Shown piece by piece: positions 39,838-49,127 of a DNA stretch of 64,000 nucleotides. Position numbers and translations under genes: made by a program. Each line of letters begins with the position of its first letter. Positions within the stretch are counted from its first letter, which is position 1. Location of the stretch: the NCBI GenBank assembly GCA_008690995.1, contig VRMN01000002.1, forward strand, positions 1,798,001-1,862,000, in the 5' to 3' direction. The DNA comes from Porphyridium purpureum (taxonomy: Eukaryota). The notes under the pieces were generated by a model. It saw nothing but the letters and a program-made list of their open reading frames with translations, did no database searches and was not told the DNA's origin.

Positions 39838-41760
39838 ATGCCGAGAAAGAGCGGAAGCGGCGCCACCGGGCGGCGGCAAGGGAGCACGCCGACCGGGGAG
39901 CGCAAGTCGGCCGGGGCTGACGTCAAGGTGCCGAATGAAGAGCAGGAGCTAGAGTATGCAGAAGAGCGGCGCGAACGGACGGTTCTGGAGCGCCGTGTGC
40001 GGCTGTTGAAGCTCGGTATGCACCGGCTGGACGCGCTGGTGCCACTCATTCGCGCAGGCAAGGTATGCAGCGAGCACCCGGAGCTCTGGATGCAAATCTT
40101 AGAGCTTCTGGGGGAGAAGGAGGATGGACTGAATGTTGAGAATGATGCAGCAAAGGACAAAGACGGTGCAGTGACGAATGCACCGTGGCCCGTGGATGAG
40201 ATCATGCAGTGGGCCATCGATGCATGTGACCGAGTGGAAGGGAAGCCACAGAATGAACGGGACGACTTCACGGTAGAGCAGGCGGAAGAGGAGGAAGGCA
40301 GTCGCGTCGAAGCTGATTTCAATGGCACGGCAGAGCGCGTGGAAGAAAATGCGCGAGGCGAAGAACGGGACTCTGATGGCGAAGAACGGGACTCTGACGG
40401 CGAAGATAATGATCACGACGATGGAAAGGAGGAAAGCACGATCGAAAAAGAAGAAGGTTTGAAAGGAAATCAAAGTGACGAATTTCGTGACGCGAAGGAG
40501 GGTCTCGACCGCTCGGACCATCCAACAAGTTTGGGAACTAGACAGGAGGATGCCCACGAAACACCGCGCTCAGCAAAGCAAGAAGAGCTTTTAATCAATT
40601 CGCATGAGCATGGGACACGCCGTGCCGCTAGGAATCGGAACAAGGTCGAGGTAGATGCTTCCCATGAGAAAGTCGTGGAGGGTTCGAATGCGGAGCCTGA
40701 TAAAACATCTGAGCCGCCTCGATCTTCGCGGGGAAGGAAGCGCAAGATTGAAGTTTTTGACGGATCTGACGATGAGATATTGACTCCACATACAGTCAAA
40801 CGTCTCATGATGTCCGGAAGTGCCAGCGCAAACAATTTGGCTCCGACGCCTTCACCGCTACCCTTGGTCTCTCCAACAGATGCCGGGACCTCAGATCGAA
40901 AGACAACGATGCGTGGTAAGCGAGAGTCGTCGCTTCTCGAATCAATTCCAAGCTCTGTCCGCGAGCAATCTGATAGTATAGTCGAATGCTACCGCGTGCT
41001 CAAAACACTTGCAGCGCACAAGCTTGCAATTCCGTTTCGCGAGCCGGTTTCGGAACGCGATGCACCTGATTATTACTCAGTAATCAAGAGTCCCATGGAC
41101 CTTAGGACACTTCGTACCATGCTCGAGAGTGGGAAGATAGAGTCACCGCTCGAATTTCAGAAGAGCTTGGTACAGATCTGCAAGAACGCGATTCAATACA
41201 ACGCGCGCGGTTCGGATCTCGACGAGTTGGCAAAGGAATTCAGGGCTCTCATCCGAGAGCATACGGATCCGCTGGTTGCTCAGTGGAAGAAGCTGTCGAC
41301 AAAGAAAGAGACGGTTGTTTCTCGCGAGGCCACAAGCACAGGTGCTTCTCATGAAAAAGCAGCTAGTGAAAAGGACGAGCCCGCAGTTGTTGTATCTGCT
41401 GGGCGCGGGCGGCCCAGGAAACATCGCCCACCTGTGAACGAGGAGGAACAGGTTGCAGTTGCCGAAGCACAGAGTAGTCCGAATCGTACGGTACGGCGCC
41501 AGACGCAGCTGGATGAACGGGACGAAGATGATGAACAACCTCAAATGCCTCTGGAAGATCCGGTCTCCAAGGGCAAGCGAGACACCCCCTTGCGCAGATT
41601 GATGGGATCATCGAAAGAATCTGAGCCTAAGGGCGCTAAAAGTACAAACTCGGCGTCCAGAAAGGGAAGTCAAGGCACCAAGCTCGCCGCATCGTCTCCT
41701 TCTGAAAAGATTTCGAGGCCTGCACGAGACAAGGGGCCGTCTTTGAAAAAGAAGAAGTAA
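39838..41760 (+). CDS. Bromodomain protein with an AT-hook
   Basis: AIPFREPV...APDYYSVIKSPMDL...NAIQYN (conserved Asn); GRGRPRK AT-hook. Confidence 0.9.
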   Translation: MPRKSGSGATGRRQGSTPTGERKSAGADVKVPNEEQELEYAEERRERTVLERRVRLLKLGMHRLDALVPLIRAGKVCSEHPELWMQILELLGEKEDGLNVENDAAKDKDGAVTNAPWPVDEIMQWAIDACDRVEGKPQNERDDFTVEQAEEEEGSRVEADFNGTAERVEENARGEERDSDGEERDSDGEDNDHDDGKEESTIEKEEGLKGNQSDEFRDAKEGLDRSDHPTSLGTRQEDAHETPRSAKQEELLINSHEHGTRRAARNRNKVEVDASHEKVVEGSNAEPDKTSEPPRSSRGRKRKIEVFDGSDDEILTPHTVKRLMMSGSASANNLAPTPSPLPLVSPTDAGTSDRKTTMRGKRESSLLESIPSSVREQSDSIVECYRVLKTLAAHKLAIPFREPVSERDAPDYYSVIKSPMDLRTLRTMLESGKIESPLEFQKSLVQICKNAIQYNARGSDLDELAKEFRALIREHTDPLVAQWKKLSTKKETVVSREATSTGASHEKAASEKDEPAVVVSAGRGRPRKHRPPVNEEEQVAVAEAQSSPNRTVRRQTQLDERDEDDEQPQMPLEDPVSKGKRDTPLRRLMGSSKESEPKGAKSTNSASRKGSQGTKLAASSPSEKISRPARDKGPSLKKKK

Positions 41761-41805
41761 GCAGCTCGAAGCGGGCAGGCAGAGGCAGTACTTGGAATTC
41801 CTCTG

Positions 41806-43533
41806 TCATCGGCGTTTCTTTCCAAGCTTACGACGCGTTCGAGGGGACTGGTTTGATGCAATGCCTAGAATCTGGCCACCTGCGAGCTCTGCCAGGGGTG
41901 ACGCAGGCGGATTATCCGTTTGGGATATTGCACCAGGACCAGCGCCCTCCCGCATTTCTCCTGACCCCTGTCTTTGCCCAATCTGTCCATACAGATCAGC
42001 AACCAGGCTCTCCAAAGCGGCCAGCTTCCTAGTCTGCAACTCCAGCTCCGCACCCAGGATTTCAATCATTTCTTGATACTGTGCACAATTCGAATCAATG
42101 GTTTCGCGTAAAGACGCTACACTGCTCATTTCTTTTTCGGCCTTCTTCAGCGCTCCGTCTACCTGACGCTCCAAGTGATCCCCAGTGCGACAGGATGACT
42201 GCAAAGTTGTAACGTTTTCGTCCAAAAGCGTAATCTGCCTAGTAGCCTCCGCCAACTCGTGATCTAGCGAGCTGATCGTGACGGCCGCTTCCTCGACCAC
42301 GCGCGCTCTGAGCTGATCAAAGTACGTGCACTGGCTTTGTAGCTGTGCTTCTTGCATGCTGCTGTACTCCAACCAAAGCGTGTTCTTCTTTGATTCAATG
42401 TGTTCTGCCTGCAAGGGCGACCATCCATCAGCGTCAGTCGACCCCGAGGCGGACACATCGATACTCGCCGTAGAGGTAGCTCCTGCATTGGTACGGTCAT
42501 TTGCCAGCTCAACCAATTTGCCATCCGTCTTGTTTGCTATCAGACGCTGTACAAAGTCGTCACCAACGTAATCCCAGACGCGGCCCGACTGCATGTCCAT
42601 GGCAAAAGTGTGGTCGGTCTCGAGGAAATGGCTCTTAGCATGGCAATTAACAGCTCGTCCGCAGCCGACGTGGCCACAAATAAGGCACATCCACAGACTA
42701 CTCTTGTGGGAGCACTCCATACACGTTTCTGATTCAGGACTGGGCTCGTGTCCAAAACGGCAAACAGGGCAGCAATTGTCGCTCCACTGAGACAGACATA
42801 CAGCGTGCATATGGTGACTACACAAGCTCGTGACGAGCGCATGTGAAGGCAGAGCATTTAAAGGCTCCAGACACACGGGACAAATGTCCTTTTCCTTCGG
42901 CTTCCAAGCTAGATTTAGGTCGATGTGCTGCGTCTCACTTGACGGCGGGTTCGCAGATACGGACGACGAGTCTTTCATGAATTTTGGCAGCGCCTTGTGC
43001 CACGAAGAGGACCCGGAAGCCATTCCAGGAGAACTTCCGAGCCTTGCGCTATCCTGTTCGTCCTCCTCGGCCTCGGGCACTGGCTCGACCGACAGCGTGA
43101 TATCTTGCACGTAAGCAATTCTACAAATCTCGTCCGCAAAGCTGTTGAACCTCTTCCCGGCCAGGGCGCTGACAAACTTGCCCGCATGCGTGAGATTTGC
43201 AAACGTCACCAGCAGCACCATGCGGTTCTGCGCGTCGAGCTCCCTCAGCAGCCTGACATGCAGGACCGTATCATAAAACGGCGCAACCCAGTGGCACACG
43301 TCTGCAGCCGACATGTACAAGGGCACTTTGTTCACGGCTACGACACACACCTGCTTCTTCTCGCCCGCGTCTGCTCGTCCGGCAGCGACAGTAGCCGCAG
43401 CCGAACTGACTCGAATGATGGCGCGCAATCGAGCCAAGCCGTTACCCCACAACACATGCAACATGTCGGTGTTGTCTGGAGCCACGTGCTCGAAGCCTTG
43501 TCCAGTGTTATGGCGCGGCGATGCGGCCGCCAT
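41806..43533 (-). CDS. BRAP: BRAP2/ETP1-type RING and ZnF-UBP E3 ligase
   Basis: BRAP2 domain (GKRFNSF...C); RING CPVCLE...CSHHMHAVCLSQW..CPVCR; ZnF-UBP LWMCLICGHVGCGR; VWDYVGD; coiled coil. Confidence 0.93.
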   Translation of the reverse strand: MAAASPRHNTGQGFEHVAPDNTDMLHVLWGNGLARLRAIIRVSSAAATVAAGRADAGEKKQVCVVAVNKVPLYMSAADVCHWVAPFYDTVLHVRLLRELDAQNRMVLLVTFANLTHAGKFVSALAGKRFNSFADEICRIAYVQDITLSVEPVPEAEEDEQDSARLGSSPGMASGSSSWHKALPKFMKDSSSVSANPPSSETQHIDLNLAWKPKEKDICPVCLEPLNALPSHALVTSLCSHHMHAVCLSQWSDNCCPVCRFGHEPSPESETCMECSHKSSLWMCLICGHVGCGRAVNCHAKSHFLETDHTFAMDMQSGRVWDYVGDDFVQRLIANKTDGKLVELANDRTNAGATSTASIDVSASGSTDADGWSPLQAEHIESKKNTLWLEYSSMQEAQLQSQCTYFDQLRARVVEEAAVTISSLDHELAEATRQITLLDENVTTLQSSCRTGDHLERQVDGALKKAEKEMSSVASLRETIDSNCAQYQEMIEILGAELELQTRKLAALESLVADLYGQIGQRQGSGEMREGAGPGAISQTDNPPASPLAELAGGQILGIASNQSPRTRRKLGKKRR

Positions 43534-43750
43534 TGCCACGTTATCACCTAATCTCCGGTGGCTTGGTGACTTTCACGCTCCCCATCTGATTCGTGTGCAA
43601 TGGACGTGTCGTTAGCCGTCTTCTACACATGTCACCTAGCCAGCTGGGTCAGCACTAGGAGCGAGGGGTGGAAGACAGCGTTGTGGGCGAAAGAAGGGAG
43701 AGGGGAAGGCGGGCACGGAAAGGAAAGCGAGAACGTGCGGGGAAGACAAG

Positions 43751-44215
43751 ATGATGTCCGGGCGGCTGATGAAAGAGTACCGCGAGCTCCAGAAGGAGGC
43801 CAGCCAGTGTTCGGACCCGGATATTGTACTCACGCCGTCTGAAAACAACTTTACGTCCTGGCGCGGCCGGATTAAAGGTCCTGCCGGTACGCCGTTTGAA
43901 AACGGACACTTTATGCTGGACATTATGATTCCATCCAGTTATCCTATGAGCCCACCGAACATCCGCTTTGCGACGAAAATCTTTCATCCCAACGTGCATG
44001 CGAAGACGGGCGAAATTTGCCTCGATATCCTCAAGACGGCTTGGAGCCCAGCGTGGACGCTGCAGTCAACGTGCCGCGCAATCATAGTTCTTCTTTCCCA
44101 TCCTGAGGCAGACTCGCCGCTAAACTGTGACGCTGGTAACTTGATTCGCGCGGGAGATGCGCGCGGCTTTGGCTCGGTCGCGCGCATGTACACGATGCTA
44201 TACGCAAGCAAATGA
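43751..44215 (+). CDS. PEX4: Ubiquitin-conjugating enzyme E2, PEX4-like
   Basis: FHPNVHAKTGEICLDILKTAWSPAWTL and PEADSPLNCDAGNL, as in plant PEX4/UBC21. Confidence 0.85.
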   Translation: MMSGRLMKEYRELQKEASQCSDPDIVLTPSENNFTSWRGRIKGPAGTPFENGHFMLDIMIPSSYPMSPPNIRFATKIFHPNVHAKTGEICLDILKTAWSPAWTLQSTCRAIIVLLSHPEADSPLNCDAGNLIRAGDARGFGSVARMYTMLYASK

Positions 44216-44301
44216 GAAAAGCTATGCTTTAATATGATAAAGTGACATCTTTCACACGCACCCGGTACTTGTGCGGCACCCTTTCGCACGTGTCTCAGCA
44301 A

Positions 44302-45819
44302 CTATACGGCTAAAGACTTGCCAAACATGCTCCCTTTCTTTTCGCCAATCTTGAAATGTTTGACCTTGTCCGCGTTTTTCTTTTTCAGCGTGGCTACTTC
44401 GTACGCGAGCTCACGCTTCTTCAGTGCGTCTGGAACCTCTTCCGTCGTATGCCCAACGCCAAACTCGAGCGCATATTCCGCATGCACATGTACATAGAAA
44501 CGCAGGTCGCGCATCAGACGTTTCACCGCATTCAGCCACAGCAGATGTACATGTCCATTGTTCGCTGCCGAAGAGTAGTATATTTGAAACTTTTCATAGT
44601 ACGGCCGCAGACTCGAGTCAATGTCGACCACATAATTCAACGGCGTAATGTCTTCGACCACCGGCCACGTCAGAACGCTCACAGCTTCCCTGACGATGCG
44701 CACGTGCTGGTCGCACCGGTCATCCATCGGCGTCTCATCCGCCACTTTCATCACCGCCGAGATCTCATGCATCGTCGGCATGAAGAGCATCTTGAGCTCG
44801 GCCAGAGAGCTGGGCTTTTGCTTGGTTTGAGCCAAGCATATGAGCTTGAATTCCTCCTTGAAAACGTCGTCGATGGATTTCATTTGCTTCCACAACGTGC
44901 CGCCAATAAGCTCCGAGTAGTACATCACACTCTGCAGCGAACCCTCACGAATGAGCACAAAGTCTGCCAGCACATGCGCGTTCTGCACAGACAACGCAGT
45001 GGCTGCTTTGTAGCCTAGCGGAACGGCGCCCTTGGTATAATTCCACTTGAGCCCGGCTCCGTGCTCGCGCATGACGTATTCGGCGAGGATGTTCATAAAG
45101 TCGTTCAAGTGCTGCGAATACTCAGAGTGGATGGGGTCGCACTCGAGCTCAATGTAGCTTGCGAGGATGTTCTCGGTGTAAATGGAAACAATGCGCTTGA
45201 AGTCATTCATGTGCTTGACCGGAGTGGGCGAAATGACCCACAGGAGGGACGATGCCGCCTCTGCGATGGACACGTAGTGATTCAGGTACGGATCTCGCGG
45301 CTTCACGTCGTCCTTGTACTCGACGACTGTGTTAATTGCCGAAATCAGCGGCAGGCATTGTGTCTTGAGATCGTTCATGTCGAGTGGCTTGGGCACGCGG
45401 CTTGCGTACACAATGAGCTCCGCGAGGGCATCGACCGCATCTTCAAAGTCGCTAAAGGCATCCTCGATTAAGTCATTCTTCTTTGCAATGGTGTCGCACA
45501 CGTCCTCGAGCTTCTCCATCGTCGGGCCGACAATCTGCAGAAAGCGCTCGCCGGGGTCGTAATCGACCTCGTCCTGCGCGAGCCTCGTGCGCAGCTGCTT
45601 CTTCTTCCGCGGGAGGAGCTTTGCGAGCTCTTCGAGCCGGTTCATGGACGCGTCCCAGTGGTTCCACAGCGCCTTTGCATTTGCGTGCGAGCGCGCGGCG
45701 ACCTGAAAGCTGCCATCGAGAGTGTCCTTATCCAATCTCTCCTTTGCGATCTCCCCCAGCGACGACACCCCCCATGTTGCCACATGCAGGATCGCGTTGG
45801 TGTCCAATGCCTGACTCAT
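44302..45819 (-). CDS. Adenylyl-cyclase-associated protein (CAP) N-terminal domain protein with two tandem HFDs
   Basis: RLE motif; repeat 1 NHYVSIAEAASSLLWV...YVMREHGAGLKW; repeat 2 QHVRIVREAVSVLTW...HLLW...YVHVHAEYALEF. Confidence 0.8.
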   Translation of the reverse strand: MSQALDTNAILHVATWGVSSLGEIAKERLDKDTLDGSFQVAARSHANAKALWNHWDASMNRLEELAKLLPRKKKQLRTRLAQDEVDYDPGERFLQIVGPTMEKLEDVCDTIAKKNDLIEDAFSDFEDAVDALAELIVYASRVPKPLDMNDLKTQCLPLISAINTVVEYKDDVKPRDPYLNHYVSIAEAASSLLWVISPTPVKHMNDFKRIVSIYTENILASYIELECDPIHSEYSQHLNDFMNILAEYVMREHGAGLKWNYTKGAVPLGYKAATALSVQNAHVLADFVLIREGSLQSVMYYSELIGGTLWKQMKSIDDVFKEEFKLICLAQTKQKPSSLAELKMLFMPTMHEISAVMKVADETPMDDRCDQHVRIVREAVSVLTWPVVEDITPLNYVVDIDSSLRPYYEKFQIYYSSAANNGHVHLLWLNAVKRLMRDLRFYVHVHAEYALEFGVGHTTEEVPDALKKRELAYEVATLKKKNADKVKHFKIGEKKGSMFGKSLAV

Positions 45820-46792
45820 CCTTCACGCCCCCTCCCCACCCCTCCCCTTCCCTCTTTACCCCCCCCCCAAAACACCTCACACACCTCTTCACCCCCCTTC
45901 CCGCATCCCAATGCTTCCCTTTCGCCCTCATCTTCCCTTTTCAATTTCCACTTGCGCTCCCTGATCAAAAATCCCGGCTTCAACCCTACCCTACACTGTA
46001 CCTCTTGAAATGATGAGGTACACCCGCCGACAGTGTACCTCGGCATCTCTCCGCGTCTTCATTCACTCGACGTCGGGAATCACTCGCTGCATTCACATAT
46101 GGCCATGACTTGCAGCTCGCTCACCTGGAGACAACGCGATGCACGCACGGCCTGCTCCAAGGTGAAGCGGTCAGCCAGCACGTGTATGTGTGTGTGCGTG
46201 TGTGTGTGTTGCCGCGCCCGCAATTGAAACAGCGCTCAGTCGCACGCGAAATGCGCCGCTGTGTACCAGCAACGACGGTTTCTGCGGTCTCGTTCGAGTT
46301 GGTTTGGTTCAAAGCGGTCTCATGCGACCGCACTGGAGCACAGTTCGCGTCAACCAGTACCGATACCGGCTCATGCTTGTCGACCATTCATCTCAACGTT
46401 GGACTGCGGAAGAAAGTATGCGACGCAAAGAAACAAAAAATAGGAAGCAGATGCATGTGTCTTTCGGATGGCTCGCGCGCCAGTGGCCCTGTTGCTTGTT
46501 CACTGGATCGCTCGCTCGCTCTGATCTGTGCGTGAAGAAGTCCGTCAATACGGACCATGCCGGTTTGTATTTCACATACCACGCAGCGTGTGTGTGGTCC
46601 ATGAGCTTCCATGCGCTCACTGCAAAAGAAATGTTCAAGTCAGGACGCTTACCGTGTGTACACCACCACTGTACTTGTGAGATGATCAAAGAGGTTGCGA
46701 CAGAGTGCGTGGGGGGCCAGGGAGAAGGAGAGTCTGTGTGAGAGAGTGTGGCGTCGTGCGCAGTCGTGCTGCGCGTAAGAGTGTGTTTGGTG

Positions 46793-48841
46793 ATGCAGGT
46801 CAGTGCGCGTGATGGTGGCGTTCGGGCATATGGGCGAAAGAGTCCGTCGCGCGCGGCTGCTGCAGTAGTTGGTGTGGCCTTAGTGGTGCTGGCAGCGGCC
46901 GCGGCTGGCTTAGCGTGTGCCAAGGATGATACCGCATTCCGGTATCGCACGTACGCTGAAATAGTGCAGACGCTGCGCAACACGTCCGCCGCGAACCTCG
47001 CGATTCTCAAGCTGGATGACGCGCAGTCGCGGTTTAGAATCGGTACCGCAGGACAGTGTGAAGAGTTTGTGGGCAGTTCGTTCAGTGACGGCGTGACCGA
47101 GCCAGTAGAGTGCAAGCAGTATTATGTCACGTTGACCAATCACGCGACTTGGTCGCAGGATAAGACACGCCCCCAAATGCTGATTTCGGGCGAGTTGCAC
47201 GGGAATGAGAGAGTAGGGCCCCACGTCAGTGTGGAATTGATCCTGATGATGGTCAAGATGTATGCGCTTGGCGAAGGCGAGGACAGCACAGAAGTATCGC
47301 GATGGATACGCTACCTCATCGACCATCGTGTCTTGGTCATCATGCCCATGGCAAACGCCGTGGGATTTGAGATGAATCATCGCGAAGAGGTGCAGGACAA
47401 CGGACACTCCTTTGATCCCAATCGTGATTTTCCCTTTAACCAAAAGACGTCGGCGTGCATGCAGACGTTCGCGGCGCGCGCTATCAACGAGCTCTTTCGA
47501 GCGCACATGTTTCAACTCATGATTACCTTCCACGGCGGCACAAATGTCATCGGGTACGAATGGGGCGACTATGGGCATTGCTCTGAAACCGGGGCGTGCG
47601 AGATGGCGCCCGATCACGCGCTTATGGACGCCATTGGCGCCCGCATGAAGCAGACTGCTGGCCCAGCAGGCACGTACGAGCGTGAATACACCCTGGGTAG
47701 CATGGGCTCCACCGTGTACCCAGTGAACGGGGGCATGGAAGACTGGGCGTACGGCGCAAGCTGGACAGGCGACGAGATCCAGTGCAATCCTGTCGAATCG
47801 TCCAGCACATATGCGCCAAAGAAAACGGCGCGCGATCCAGCTCTGCATCGTTGCGTGACTTACTTGGTAGAGACTGGCGATCAAAAGATCCCTGATGAGG
47901 GTTCACTAGGAACGGCTGATGCAATTTTAGTCAAGGGCGGCACTGGCGACGGCCACATTCCGCGTAACATTCGACTTTCGATCGCGGCCCTGGATGCTCT
48001 GCAGCCCTATGCACGGGTTGTGGGAAGTAACATGGAAGAAATGCTGAACGGACGTGCTGCTAAATTCACGCTGAGAATTGTACCTGGCGGTCTTTTCACT
48101 CTCGACGCTGCGTATTTGCAGTGGAGCACCACTAAGTCGGCCAAGATGGTGCAGTCTGGAGCCACCGATGTTCTGTACAGCGATGAGCGGCTGCAATTTG
48201 TCGGATCGGATGGAAGTGTCTTCCCGCAAAGGGTGCTAGAATTCGATTTCTTTGCTCCTCTGCCTCTCGACTCGCCAATTTATTTTCGGGCTGTTGTTCT
48301 TGCGGACTCGAAACTTGTCAGCAACGACAGCCAGAGCCACTTGGCGGGTGCTCGCTCGAAGGAAGACTGGTCGTTCTCTGCGAACTCATTTGCGGTGCAT
48401 TCTTCTGCTGCATTTGTCTCTGCGACGCACATGATTAGCTTCACGTCCTCGGGTGCCTACCTGATGGAGCAAGTTGCAAGTGATCCAGGCTGGGGTTTTG
48501 ACGGCGACCTGTACGCGAACGATCCGTCCGGGGGTGCTGGCAATGGTGCGCGATGGGCAGGTGTTGACAAGGCGGAAGGTAACGATGACGAGGAAGAGGG
48601 AGATCTGGCAGGAACGTCCGACCCCATGAAGTCTATGACTCACCCACAGCTGCTCAAGCTGTTTGGCATTATTTTCGGGTGCATCGCCGCGGCCGCCCTG
48701 ATCGTTGTCGGTCTCATTTGGGTGCTGCGAACACTCCGCAAACGAGCCGCCGCGGCGCGCGGAGGTGATCGGGCACAAGAAATGGAGACGCTCAGTGCAT
48801 GGGAGTGGAGTGAGGGCTCGAGCGAGAATGAGGAAGTCTGA
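46793..48841 (+). CDS. M14 zinc carboxypeptidase, type I membrane protein
   Basis: Signal peptide; LHGNE, DPNRDF, TFHGG, GGMEDWAY; C-terminal TM. Confidence 0.92.
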   Translation: MQVSARDGGVRAYGRKSPSRAAAAVVGVALVVLAAAAAGLACAKDDTAFRYRTYAEIVQTLRNTSAANLAILKLDDAQSRFRIGTAGQCEEFVGSSFSDGVTEPVECKQYYVTLTNHATWSQDKTRPQMLISGELHGNERVGPHVSVELILMMVKMYALGEGEDSTEVSRWIRYLIDHRVLVIMPMANAVGFEMNHREEVQDNGHSFDPNRDFPFNQKTSACMQTFAARAINELFRAHMFQLMITFHGGTNVIGYEWGDYGHCSETGACEMAPDHALMDAIGARMKQTAGPAGTYEREYTLGSMGSTVYPVNGGMEDWAYGASWTGDEIQCNPVESSSTYAPKKTARDPALHRCVTYLVETGDQKIPDEGSLGTADAILVKGGTGDGHIPRNIRLSIAALDALQPYARVVGSNMEEMLNGRAAKFTLRIVPGGLFTLDAAYLQWSTTKSAKMVQSGATDVLYSDERLQFVGSDGSVFPQRVLEFDFFAPLPLDSPIYFRAVVLADSKLVSNDSQSHLAGARSKEDWSFSANSFAVHSSAAFVSATHMISFTSSGAYLMEQVASDPGWGFDGDLYANDPSGGAGNGARWAGVDKAEGNDDEEEGDLAGTSDPMKSMTHPQLLKLFGIIFGCIAAAALIVVGLIWVLRTLRKRAAAARGGDRAQEMETLSAWEWSEGSSENEEV

Positions 48842-49127
48842 AGCCACGGAGGGCCATCCAAGTTCTGCTGGTTTGATGGGCCATCAAGTGCTACACTTTA
48901 TTCGAGAAGACCCAAGCTATGCTTATCTCGATTCCAATACAAACAAACACTAAAACAAACATTAACAAACAAACACTTCCACCATCGGCATTAAAAAGAA
49001 AACCCCCCAAAAAGAGTCTTTGGTGCATGTGGTCATCCCGTCTACCGCACCCATCGCCATTGTCACTCCAACCACCGACGCAGTCAACCCTCAGCCCACC
49101 AAGAATGTGCCCAGCCAGGCATTCAGC

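Noticed and set aside
41806..44215. Divergent RING E3 (BRAP2) and E2 (PEX4) as a functional pair
   Set aside because: PEX4 normally works with the peroxisomal RING ligases, and short divergent spacing is common in this window.
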